Below, in pieces: positions 12,761 through 25,295 of a DNA stretch of 64,000 nucleotides. The first letter of the stretch is position 1; each line of letters opens with the position of its first letter. Origin of the DNA: Octopus sinensis (taxonomy: Eukaryota); contig NC_043002.1 of the NCBI RefSeq assembly GCF_006345805.1, positions 57,102,001 through 57,166,000 of the forward strand, given 5' to 3'. The notes beneath the pieces are model-generated. The model ran no database searches. It saw nothing but the letters and a program-made list of their open reading frames with translations, and was not told the DNA's origin. Position numbers and translations under genes: made by a program.

Positions 12761-14495
12761 AGACGTGTGTGTATATGTGTGCACATGCACACAATACACA
12801 CCCACAAGCACGCATACTCATGTGTACATACACATTCACTCACTCGCATCCATAATGACAGATAAACAAAAAAAAAACCTGTAAAAGATGTTGGCTTTCA
12901 CACACAGCATTAATATTTGTGTTGTATGAATCAGATGCTGTTTGTATTTCTAGAGCATCAAGTCTTCTACTGTGAAGAGGTAGGGGTGGAGTGGAAGCTG
13001 GTTTTAACATCAATGTAACACTGTTTTAGTGACATATCAACAGCTATAAAAAGATTTGAGAGCTGAGTCCTAATAACACCCTAAAATATGTCATCAGGAA
13101 GAAGCAGTTTTTTTACTGTATTGCGCCATTAATCTTCTTAAATCTTATAAACTTGAACACTTAATTCTTCCTCTTTTTTATCTCTATTTAATAATAGCTG
13201 ATATATCATACATGGTGATTGGTTGCTTCAATCTCCAGTTACTTTTTACATCATAGAGGAGGAGGAGGAGAGAATTAACACAAGAGGTACAGGATGAGTG
13301 TCAGAACTTTCTAAAAAATACACCATTTTATTTTCTTTGTGATGGAATAAATTGTGAATATGTTGATAAAATTTACTAAGACATGTGTTGCAAATATAGG
13401 AATAAAAAAATTACCTTGAAATTAAAACAAATTTCTCATTTGAAAATTTCATTTTGTATAAACATTAAGAAATTTGGTATCAGTTAATTCATAATTATTG
13501 TATGTTGGTGCCATGTAAAAAGCACCCAGTACACTCTGTTAAGTGGTTGTTATTAGGAAGGGTATTCAGCTATAGAAACTATGCCAAAATGGATGCAGAA
13601 CCTGACATAGGCCTCTAGCTCATTTGTTTTTGTCAAACTGTCCAATTTCTACCAGCATAAAAAAAGGCCTTAAATGATGATGCACATTGGTAAAAGTATA
13701 CTTCCAAAGTTACCTATTAAATGATGGTGGTGGTGGTGGGGCTCTTGTTTTTTTTTATAATTCATAACATCAACAAAGCATTGAAAAACTTTGCAAAGGA
13801 ATTTTTTTTAAATATTAGACAATTTGAGGAGTGAGGAGAAAAATGTGAATCCACTAACTTTACACAAACCACATATTTATTGCCACCATGACAAATAATG
13901 CTGCATGATTTATATGATTTAATCTTTTCAATAAGTTAAAATGTTAAATGATGCCCTTGCCATATTTTTAACTTGTGTAAAATATTCATTCTTTCCATTC
14001 TAGTCTTTCTTTTAATTTTGTCTAAAGTGGAAAGGGAATGCCATTGTATTAAGGGGTTAGTGTTGGAACTAGAATTTAGTCAAGCACATTAGCACCCTGT
14101 TTGTATTTTTTTTTTTTTTTGTTACCATATTTCTGTTGAAATACATTGTTTGTTAGTTTTGAAAATAATGAGGACCTTAGCAGAATATCTTTATCATTAA
14201 GCTGGTGTTTGGAACATATGAATTTTTGATGGAAAGTTTTTAGACCACTTTAAATCCAGAAGTTTGTATTGTAGAACCAGCTGCAGTCTCAGACAGGTGG
14301 GCATCAAAAGGAACCAGAAGTTGGGTTCAAAAGTTTATTCTATGGAAAGTAGAGGAGGATCCACTTTACTATTACTGAAACCTTTGGTTGCAATGTTTCT
14401 CTTGAAATACACCAACTTTGATTTTGAAAAATGAAGAATTTAGTAAAATAGCCTTTGTTAGACTGATGTTTGGAACAAATTAATATGAAATTTTG

Positions 14496-14704
14496 GTGGC
14501 AGAACCATTAGCATGCTAGGCGAATTGCTTAGCAGTATTTCGTCTACCGTTACATTCTGAGTTCAAATTCCGCTGAGGTTGACTTAGCCTTTCATCCTTT
14601 CGGGGTTGATTAAATAAGTACTGGGGTCTATGTAATTAACTTAATCCTTTTGTCTGTCCTTGTTTGTCCCCTCTGTTTAGCCCCCTGTGGGCAATAAAGA
14701 AATA
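14496..14704 (+). mobile_element. tRNA-derived SINE family 2 with 14-bp TSD, inserted in a MITE
   Basis: ggcagaaccattagc...tgagttcaaattcc...gcctttcatcctttcggggttgattaaataagtac body; tail gccccctgtgggcaataaagaaata; TSD aatatgaaattttg at 14482-14495 and 14705-14718. Confidence 0.9.
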
Positions 14705-16107
14705 AATATGAAATTTTGATGAAAAGTTTTGATAATTTTAAAACAAAGTTTGTATTTTAGAATAAAGGATTGTCTTGGGTGGGTTGCTATTGAAAAGAGT
14801 TAAGTTTATATAGTTTACAAGTGAGGTTCTCAGTGTGCTGTGAGTTTATAAAAATAAAATTTACAGAATCTATATTTATGTTTGAGCATGATGAAAAATG
14901 TTATGGTTTCCATATAAATGACTATGAATAATAAAATAGTTTTGTATATTTTTTCTAAAAAAAAAAAAATACATTAACATTAAAATACATTAGCTTTCCA
15001 TGTGAAGTGTGCCAAATTTTGTACTTTGGCCTCCAGTGGACTGTGAAGTCAAATGTTTAGAATCACTTCTTTAGAAATGAAATATTTCAGATTCCATGGA
15101 CATGAAGAAATCAGAATAGTTAATGTTAATTTGAGACCCGGAACATTAAGACAAAGTAACTGGAAATAAAAATATGTAGCGACAATAAATATATTAGTCA
15201 GTGACCAATATTTTAAGTTTTTCATGCATTAAATATTAAAACCATTTTCATGTGGATGGCATGTCTGGACCATCCTGTTTTCTGACACCCACAAAAGTGC
15301 AATTTTTGTGTGTTCTTAGATTGCAAGGGTCAGGCAAAATTTGCCAAAGTAGATTTTCTATGGCTGGATGTCTTTGTTGCCAACCCATAACTGGTTTCCA
15401 TGTAAGGTAATATTCTCCTGAGTCCTTCAAACATCAACACAATAGCTGGGCATAATTTCATAGATTGCAAATGAACACTGCTTTTACAACAGAGATGCTT
15501 ACTTACAACTGGTGCATAATATCAAGACAAAAGTGTGCATGCACACACACACATGCTCATATACACATATATGAACTTTTTATCAGTTTCTATAGACTAA
15601 GTACATTCACAAGGTTTTAGTTTACTTGGGGCTATAACAGACACTTGTTCAAAGTGCCACATAGGACTAAACCTGAAACAGAGTTGTAAAGCAAACTTCT
15701 TAATCAGAGCACCGTGCCTTCACGTATTGTGGCCATGTCTATTGTTTTTCACCACAGCTGTAAATGTTAATCATTGAAGAGGTCTAGGTTTTTGAAGAAG
15801 TCTGGAAAATATTTTGTTCTCTTGTATTTGCTGAAAAAAAATGTCTTGGTCATTGATTAATATTTTAATTACAATAATTTCTAATTAACTTTTTTTTCTG
15901 ATGTTCTTATTAAATATTACTCCTAATGCACTTAAATGTTAGAGTACATATTAAAATTTTACAGGGACAAGGTTCACAGTAGGTTGGCCAAAACCTTGAG
16001 TGGACTTAGTAGACAGAAACTGAAAGCCTCTGTGTGAGTGTGTAGGATCTGGGGTGGGTTTCTTTTAAGCTTATTTTACTGTTTTCAGGGTATGCTCACA
16101 GATTATT

Positions 16108-16158
<51 letters not shown>

Positions 16159-16599
16159 ATGTCTCCTTGTTTGAAATCATGCAATAGTTGTAAACAATGG
16201 TCACCACCATACAAGAAGCATCATTTGTATCCAATCCTCCCATAAAGACACATCTAGTCATAGGGAAAAACACTGCTTTATTTGGAAGTGGGTGAGAGTT
16301 GGCAAGAGGAAGGACAGCCATCCAAAGAAAATCTTTAATAAATTCCATTAAAACCATGCAAACCATGGACAAGTGGACTTTGAAATGAAGATGATATACA
16401 AAATCCAGCAATGATTGGAATTTAGAGGTCTCAACTTCTATTTATTATTGTAAAACTCTGTCCCCTTGTTTCACTTTTCAATCTTCCCATATTCCCTCCC
16501 TGTAGAAATTAGCGTATTCGAATGCCTGAAAGTGTTATGGGGGTTATTTATTTTCCTGTTTAGTTTGTTGTTAGCCCATATTATAAAAGTGGTTTCATC

Positions 16600-16803
16600 C
16601 CTCAGCATTTAAACAGGCGACATCTGCCCTAAATATTCCTGTTTTCTGTTCAAACTGGCCAGATCCAGTCTCATACACAATCTACAATGTCATTCTGAAA
16701 ATAATCACACCATCAAAATTTCAGTGACGAGATAATGCATGATTAATTCAAAACTGTGTGAATAAATATGCATTATTTTTGACAGAATGAGAAAACTAAA
16801 GGA
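16600..16803 (-). mobile_element. TTAA-ended MITE family A
   Basis: ccctcagcatttaaac...ttcaaactggccagatcc.gtctcatacac...gcatgattaattcaaaac...aaagggattaa; reverse-complement match to 40419-40640. Confidence 0.7.
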
Positions 16804-19679
16804 TTAATTCATCTCTTTTTGGTATTTCAGAATTTGCTTTGGTCAAATTTTTCATTGCTTGAATTGTCTAGTTCTTCCTTTAAACAACATTGTTTTGGAA
16901 CCTATCCAAATTGTTTCATTAACTCTTCTGTGATACAGAATGTTTTAAAGTGATCTAAATTAAAATATCCTATTAAAATTTCATAGTAATGCTTGAAGCA
17001 CCAACATATTAAGGACAATTGATTAATTTTCATTTCCAAAATTAAGACAAAGGCTGTATATTTTAATAAAAGGCAAGTAAAGGGTTAATTCACTTAAGGT
17101 TATCTGTACAGAGATAATCAGTGCTGGTTATAATTTCTGTGGAAAATCTTTAGAGATAACTTTAACAAGTGAATATGGTGTTATAAAAATAAACTTTGTA
17201 CTATATTAGGGTTGCATAATGAAATTCAGTGTCCCTACATGTCCTTAAAGGATTGTTGGGCTTGTCAGATGCTACTTAGAAACCAATCACTATCGCCAAT
17301 TCTAGTTTGGTACCTCACATTTCTGAGTTGCGAGTCCTGGTTCTGTTTCCATCTTGTTAGGAGTTTGCTTCTGCTATTCAGCTGTCAGTTCTTTCTACTC
17401 ATTTTGTAGGTAGTTTTATAGTTTAAGACTCTATCGTGTTAACCCCACCCATTAAAATAATGGTCCACCAAATGTCACCAGAAGTTTTACGTCAGTGTTA
17501 CAAGGAATGGGTTTTGAGTTGAAGGTTCTACAAGGGTAGGGTGCGGTTGGTATCAGTGCCACCAGGACAACTTCAATTACAAAATTGAATAGATCCAATA
17601 AGTATTGATTCTACACTGAAATCAAATTCCTGATAAATTGGAATGAGTTGCATTGAAAGGGTGAAGTATGAATAAATTTTGAGACTATCATGGCTGTTTT
17701 AATGTTGACCAACCTGGCTATTTGACTATTTTTTTCCTCCCAGATAAGTAAATATCTTAACTCTCCTTGCCTCGGATTTTCAAATAAAATGTAATTTTCC
17801 AAAGAATTGGAATTATTTTACAGTTGAATGGTTAGTCCACATTACTCTGCAAGGAGCATAGGGCTGGTTCTCCAGTTTCTCTGGCATAAATATTCTTCCC
17901 TGGATGAAGCGCTGCTCTGTTGTATGATTATTAATTTTTGTCAGCTGAGGGGACTGGAGTGACATGAAGTATTTTGCTCAGGAATTGAAACCACAATCTT
18001 ACCATGAGTCCAACACTCTAACCATTAAGCCACCTTGCACCTCAAATTTGAATTCTTCTCAGGAATTCAGTAATTTACTGAAAGTTGTAGAAAAAATGTT
18101 CAGTATTTATAATGGTTACCTTGACTTTTAATTCTGTAATATTAGATCTGGTCACAAGTGGGCTTCAGGTTTCTGAACCCTTCCTGTCCTGGTTTAACTA
18201 GTATTAAAAAGAAAAAAATGGCATTTAAGTGTTGGGAACAGCTTAATGGGTAATCTAGGAAAATTCTCTTTATAAATTAAATTCACTGGGGCAAATGGTG
18301 GTAAGAAACTCTCAAGAGAGCTGAACACAAGGTCTTCAGAGAATAAACCCTCCCCAAGCACGTTTCAGCCCTTTTTACTGTTAGGGGGCCAGGGTGCCCT
18401 TCTGCTGACACTTCTTAGTCACTTGGGTATTAGAAACTTGTTCATTGGGAAATCCACTGGGAGATTTCATGCCATTAAAACTCATCTGTCGACTCAGCTT
18501 TCAAACGTGTACTTAAATTATTAAATTAAATGATTAGATTAAATGATTAAAGGGCAATTTTCAAACAAAAGGTTGATTATTGTGTGCGCGTGTGTGTGTG
18601 TGGAGATAAGTCATAAAAATATCTGAAATATTACTCTAGACATTGTTTGAAGTCTTGAGATCAAATAACTGTCTTGCTGCTGTAAATAGTGTCAAACTTC
18701 CACTTAGTTTAATAAAAACACACAAAAAAATCTGGGTCACGTTTCTATTCACTTGTTTAAGGATTGACAATGTGATATGAACTATAAAAACTTGCTGTAA
18801 TATATATGCAAAGATCTAAATTTGGACTAGTGTGATTGGTGAGGATCAGGTGCGTTGGTTAGGTGGGTAGATGAAAAACTTGATCAGTGACTGGTTTTTT
18901 TTCCATGGATACTTGAATTTGTTAGGTGTATGCAGGTGGAATCTTGATATTTCTGTCTTAATGATATTTATTTCATACTTTTACGCTAGGAAGCAAGAGA
19001 GCCTTTTGAGGCTTTTCCAAAATGACTGTCATCTGTCAGTGGAAAGGTACTAAAATAGGTCCCTGATTGAAGCCATTACCTCCAACTTCAAATTAAAATG
19101 ACATTGAAGTTGTTATTGTTGACTAGAAACAATTGATTCCACTTACACAGCAACTAAATTTATTGATAATTCAATTAGAAGAAACTTTTAGTATTTTTCT
19201 GGCTATGTTTAAACTTGTTTACCAACTACAGACAGTGAGGTTATTGTATTACACCTTCTCAGCCTACCTCTTTCTCTTCCTCTCTTTTTCCTTTTGTCTT
19301 GCTCTCCAATTTCATTTCTTTTCACTCCTCTCTCTCTCTCTCTCCCCTTCTCTAAATTACTATTGGATACCAATTTCTGAGTTTCTAAACAAAAGGAAAC
19401 TATTTTTATGTTCATGTTCACTGATCTCTGTGTGAGCGCACGTGTGTGTGCATGTGTGTTACAATGGGAAGTCATTCTAAGAGTAGGAATTGGTGATGTA
19501 TCACTCAAGTGACTTCTATAAATGTCTACTTAATATGTGGTTTCTTATTACATGCTGGGACTAGTCTTGCCAAAGAGCTTTGTTGTCCAAAATGAAAATA
19601 TGCATTATTAGCTAAAATTCATAAAACTTCAGTTGTTTTCACAAAAGAGCTTGGATTATTTCAGTTTTAATCAACCCAT

Positions 19680-20100
19680 TGTCTTCATCATTTAGCATCT
19701 GTTTTCCATGCTAGCATGAGTTGGACAGTTTGATCGATAAGCTGGAGAGCTGTATTGGGCTCCAATCCTATTTGGTTTGGTTTCTATGGTTGGATGCCTT
19801 CCTAATGCCAACCACTCCAAGAGTGTAGTGGGTGCCTTTTATGTGGCACTGGCCACGACTATGATTTTGCTTGGCTTGATGTCTTCTCAAGCACAGCAAA
19901 TCACCAATGGTCTTAATCACTTGTCATCGCCTCTGACAGATTCAACATCTGAAGACCATGCTTCACCACTTCGGGAATAGCCAATGGCAACACTTTTGGG
20001 GCGGGGGCTTGCTTAGCCATCGTTTGCAAGCAAGCATCACCTTGTCACTTATACCACACTTTTGCTAATTGTTTTTGGTGCCTGCATAGCTGTGAGCACT
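19680..20100 (-). mobile_element. SINE-like element family 3 (ends in (GAT)n)
   Basis: catcatttagcatctgttttccatgctagcatgagttggacag...ggatgccttcctaatgccaaccactcc motif. Confidence 0.75.
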
Positions 20101-20883
20101 CCTTATAGTGTTTGAGACTCCCACCTTTGACTCACTGGAACTTTGTGGACATAACAGATGGAGAGAAAGGAGGGGCACAGAACCAGTCAGCTGGCACTTG
20201 TCAACTGAGTAGACTGGGGAAAATGTGACTTGTCCAAGGATATAAAGCATTGCCCAAGCCATGACCTCTTTGATTGTGAACCTGATATTCTCACCATTGT
20301 ATCACACACCTGATAACATTTTGGATGCTGGACTAAAAGAAAGGTTGGACATCACTGGACTCTCAATTTAGTTTGACACTAATATTCTATTTAAAATATT
20401 GTATTGGCAAATTTTAAGTGATGAAAAAAATCAAACCTGAATCATTCTCATAGTTTTCAAATAAAGAATGTTGGACCAAACTAAAATGCTGTATAGCATT
20501 TAGTTTGACTTTTATTTCTGTTAACTTGGTGCACTTCTTTCTTGTAAGATAAATTTGTTTTGCACAAATTTTTTTTTTTATTTGGGAGTAAAGAAAGAAC
20601 CTCTCTGTATTATGGTGTATCTTAATTTATTGCATCTTTTCAGATGGATGAAAAGTTGGACCCCATCAAGTGGAAGAGGTTGCTGGGGTAATGGGGTGGT
20701 TGTATTTGAACTAAATTTCACAACCTTTTTCTCAACTCCTGTAACCTTGCCAACATCATCATTAGAAAATCTTTTGTTCTTATGAAACTTCCCCCATTTC
20801 CAAGCAATTTAAACTTTTTCCAGGCTGGACATAGCCATAACAAGTTCTGTGTACTTAGTTTAATATTTTAATGATTGATGACT

Positions 20884-21258
20884 GGTATGGCTGTGTGGTT
20901 AAGAGGTTTACTTCCCAAACACACAATTCTGGGTTCAGTCCCACTGTGTGGCATCTTGGGTAAGTGTCTTCTATAACCCTGGGCCAACCAAAGCCTTCCG
21001 AATGGTTGATGGAAACTGAAAGAAACCCGTCATATTTGTGTTGGTGTATCTCTTTGTTTTGACATCAGGTGATAGTTGTGTCACTGCCCTACAAGCAATA
21101 TCACTCCAATATTCTGCAAAAACCTATTTAATCATGGGAAAATATTTCCCTGCTTGGTAACAAGTGCTGGCAACAGGAAGGACGACATTTGGGTGTAGAA
21201 AATCTTAGACTCCATTTGACACATGCAAGCATAGATATGTGAACATTAAAACGATGAC
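20884..21258 (+). mobile_element. SINE family 1 head with alternative tail
   Basis: ggtatggctgtgtggttaagagg...gggttcagtcccactgtgtggcatcttgggtaagtgtc; tail as in 8798-9204. Confidence 0.8.
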
Positions 21259-21985
21259 TATACAGTGGAAATAAGCAATGTTTCATGTAATGCATTGATT
21301 CTCGTTAGGCATTGCTTATTCTAAATATTTCACAAATGAGGAAATTAAAAACTGTCCTTGCTCTTTTCCTAATGATTTATGGTTTATATTTCTTGTTTGT
21401 TCTTTGGCTCATAAATCATTTTTTTTCCTTGAAAAGAGAAAGCAAATGATATTTTTCTCTGTATATCTACTAGCTTTGCGAAGCAATGTTGATTTAAGAA
21501 ATATTGCCTTAAAGTTTAATGTGTGTCTGTGTGTGTATACACACACGCACATACAGTCACTGGCCTGCTTCTTAGACAACTGGCTTCAGTATGATGCATA
21601 ACTTAAAACAGCATTGATTTGTCCCGTTTAAACATGGTCTTGTTTACCTCTCTTTATCTCCAGTTACTATGGTAGCTGCTTTTTAAAGATAATGGCTGAA
21701 GAAACTAACCAGCCTTTGTGGTCTGTTTTCTTCTCTGTTCAGCTGATATCCTACTTAAACCTGTTTATTCTTGTAGTAGTCTGCTGCGTTTCATTATTTG
21801 TGTTAATTTCTTTTTAAGATTAGCTATTTCTACTGTTATCTTTTCCATTAAGGAATAATAACAAATGTATATATTGTAAAAATTATCATTTAATGTTGCA
21901 TGTTCCATGCTGGTATAGGTTGGAGAGTTTAACAGGATCTAGTGGGCCCAAGGCCTGTGTCCATGTCTTTGGCACAGTTTCTATT

Positions 21986-22101
21986 TGTCCTATCTAATTA
22001 ACGTTTTGTGTCCTGTCTAATTAATGCTTTGTGTCCTAATTAACACTTTGTCCTGTCTAATTACCGCTTTGTGTCCTAACTAACGCTTTGTGTCCTGTCT
22101 A
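21986..22101. repeat. Approximately 20-24-bp minisatellite tgtcct(gtct)aattaacgctttg, about 5 copies
   Basis: Directly visible. Confidence 0.85.
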
Positions 22102-22447
22102 ACACCTTATAGTATGTGCTGAGTTTTTTTTTTTAATGTGGGACCGATACTAGAGAAATTGCTGTGCAGTTTGCATGATTACAAACCCTGAGGGTCTGCT
22201 GTGAAGAAAGAGTTGCTATCTTTTTTCTACCTTTTCCTGACAAAAATATTTAGAAAGGAAAAAAAAACAGCCTGATTTAATAAGACATCTTTTTCCTTTT
22301 TTTTAAATTTTTCATTTAGTCTGATGGGATTTAAAGGTTTTACAACTAAATGAAACTTAATAGCACTTTTTTTTTTCAAATTTTTCAAATTATACAATTA
22401 ACCACTTGCTGGTCTATTATAAGCACCCTCTCTGTGCTCACTTCTAG

Positions 22448-22484
22448 ATATTCATTCATTGCCCCCATTACCCCAGAGCCTACT
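22448..22484 (+). other. Candidate 37-nt micro-exon
   Basis: ctctctgtgctcacttctAG|...|GTAAGT with a Pro-rich reading (IHSLPPLPQSL or YSFIAPITPEPT). Its phase does not link the 7.4-kb and 35.2-kb exons on its own. Confidence 0.3.
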
Positions 22485-22910
22485 GTAAGTTCTTTCTACT
22501 GTAAGCTTTGTCCTCAGTCGACCAATGCTTTCAGTGAATTTAATAAACAGAAACTGTATGGAAGCCTTATGTGTGTTAGTGCTTGTCCACCTGCCTCGCT
22601 TTGCAGCCAGTATTAGTTTGTTTACATCTCCATAGTTTGTTTCAAAAGGAACTGCTAGAACAAGCAACAGATTTAGGAAAAAAAGTTTTGTAGCTCAGAA
22701 TCCTTCATGGTGATGTCCCAGCATGTTTGTAGCTAACTGAGCAAAGCCAATAGAAATACAAATAATTAATATCTGAAACCTAATTAAGACAAAAGTTCTC
22801 TTTAAGCAGGATTTTTAGTATCTTCAGGAAGGTGGCCATTCTCAGTATGCTATACAGGCAGTCAGAAAGAATCGAAGACGAAGTAAATGACGGTTATGGG
22901 AGAAGGTATA

Positions 22911-23243
22911 TCATCATCATCATTTAATGTGAGCTTTCCATGCTGGCATGGGTTGGACGGTTTGACCGAGGACTGGCAAGCCAGAAGGCTGTATCAGGCT
23001 CCAATCTGATCTGGCAGAGTTTCTAAGGTTGGATGCCCTTCCTAATGCCAACCACTCCGAGAGTTTAGTAGGTGCTTTTTATGTGCCACCGGCATGAGGG
23101 CTAGTCAGGTGGTACTGACATCAACCACACTTAAATGGTGCTTGTTATGTGCCACGAGCACAAGAGCCAGTCGGGCTCCACTGGCAATGACCATGCTTGA
23201 ATGATGCTTTTTACGTGCCACTGGCATGGGAGCCAGTCAAGTA
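22911..23243 (-). mobile_element. SINE-like element family 3 with internal approximately 60-nt sub-repeats
   Basis: tcatcatcatcatttaatgtgagctttccatgctggcatgggttggacgg...; repeated ttt.a(c/t)gtgccac units. Confidence 0.85.
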
Positions 23244-23459
23244 TACAAAGAAATTTTTTTAGTTATAAGGTGATATTTTTCATTTGAAAATTATTGTATT
23301 TGATTTTGTGTAAGCACTGAAATTTGATGATAAAAGCTAAACGATAATTATTGCATGTAAGCTATAATTCCTGATATAACCAATGGTGGCAGGAGTATAT
23401 TTCCAAAGTTTCCCCCTCCCCACCATATGATGGGTGACTTAATATTCCATTATTAGTAT

Positions 23460-23800
23460 AATGATGTATGTTAAAGTGTACAATGTTTGTCTGTATGAGG
23501 GGCAGCAGAAATGAGTTAAGTAGCAGACTAGGTCTAAGAGGAATCAAATATGGCATATGAGAAAGGAAGATGGCATTGATAGGATCATTTGACATGTAAA
23601 ATGACAGTTAGGTAAAAACAAAATTCCAGTGGATTCAAATGGAAGGATCTTGTGGAAGAAAACCAAGGATTGATTAGGAATAAATGGTGAAAGCTGATTG
23701 TGAGAGGTTGATCTGCTTGAAAGAAAATGACAAAGCACTGTAACAAATAGCAAGATACTGTGCCAGGAAAGACCTGTGTACTCCATATAAACCTGGAAAA
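23460..23800 (+). mobile_element. Highly degenerate RTE-clade LINE 3' remnant
   Basis: Conceptual translation SRNELSSRLGLRGIKYGI*ERK...MEGSCGRKPR resembles RTE C-termini (ELR.RLG...RRL.W.GH...GRGRP); many stops. Confidence 0.45.
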
Positions 23801-24789
23801 ATGGAAATATTTTTCCACGTCATCCCTTTTTGAAACCATCCCACCTGAGATTGTTCCCTTGTTCTGGGAAGCAAACTTGTCTGTTTTAAAGGGGTCTGAA
23901 TTAAATTAACATGAAATTTTGAAAGAAGGTTTTGTTTCAAACTTTAGCTTAACCCATTAGTGCCCATGGTCCTTTATTTTAGGACCAGGAGGATAATCCA
24001 TATTTCTACAACACCTGTATTTTGTTTTGAGCTATCCTTAGTCATCAAGACTGGAGTATCTTTCAGATATTACACCTACTGTAATAAAAATTTTTTTAAT
24101 ATATTTAGTATCAGATAAAGTTGTATAAAAAAGAGATTCTTAGTTATAAATTAAAAAGTTTGGCATTAATTGGTTAATAATTGTTAGAAATGTTTGCAGA
24201 AGGCTAGCAATTTTAGTGGGAGAGGGTCAGTTATGTTGACCTTAGTATTTGACTGGTACATTATCAACGTTAATAGGATGAAAGCTAGCCGATGTTGGTG
24301 TTTGAACTCAGAATGTAAAACATTGAAAAAACGCTGCTGAGCATTTTGTCTGGAATGCTAACGATTCTAGCTTTCCACCTTTTAATGAGTTATTTTGCCA
24401 AATTTTTAATTATTTTCAGAATTGAAACAAAAAGCAGTGCAATAGAAATATGGTAACAAAATGTTTAAGACAAGCTGCCTCATAAATAGCTAAATGAGAT
24501 GCTAGATCTTTTCAAGTTCTGGGCACTCAATGGCATTATTTAATCATTTGTTTTCTCAGCCCTTAAGAAGGAAATTAGTAAAAATAGAAACTGATGCTGC
24601 AGTTTAACTGAGTTCAGATGTTTTACTCCTGAACTAAATCTTGTGTTTAAATATTAGATAAGTGGTTTTGGCATGAATTTCTGAATCTTTTGATGAAACT
24701 TGACTAAAGATTGCAAGAAGACATTGAGCTGACTGGAAAGTGACAGCTTGAAGGTTTAAAGTTTTGAGAAATTAAACATTGTTTTATGT

Positions 24790-25295
24790 TCAAGCTGGCC
24801 AGATCTGGTCTCTCACTTCTACCCTATAATGTAATTCTAAAAGTAAACAATCACATCAAAATCTCAAAGCAATGAGATAAAGCATGATTAATTCAAAACA
24901 ACATCATCATCATCATTGTTGTTTAACGTCTGCTTTCCATGCTGGCATGGGTTGGACAGTTTGACTGAGGACTGGTGAGCCAGAAGGCTGTACCAGGCTC
25001 AATCTGATCTGGCAAAGTTTCTACAGCTGGATGCCCTTCCTAATGCCAACCAATGACCATATTCAAAAGGTGTTTTTCATGTGCTACCTGCACAGGAGCC
25101 AATCTGGCAGCACTGGCAACAACCACGTTCGAATGTTGTTTTTCACGTGCCATCGGCACGTACTAGTAAAGTGACACTGGCAACACTCAAATGGCACTTT
25201 GTGCATGCCACCGGCATGGGAGCCAATCCGTGGCCCTGGCAACGATCATGTTCGGATGTGGTTTTGAAATGGTAATCTGAATGCGAAAGGGTTAA
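24790..25295 (-). mobile_element. MITE family A interrupted by a family 3 SINE (about 24901-25270)
   Basis: MITE sequence ...gcatgattaattcaaaacaa stops at the (CAT)n SINE end and resumes as aatctgaatgcgaaagggttaa. Confidence 0.75.

Noticed and set aside
20644-20687. Possible exon ttttcAG|ATGGATGAAAAG...|GTAATG
   Set aside because: Weak donor, no recognisable protein similarity, no phase support.
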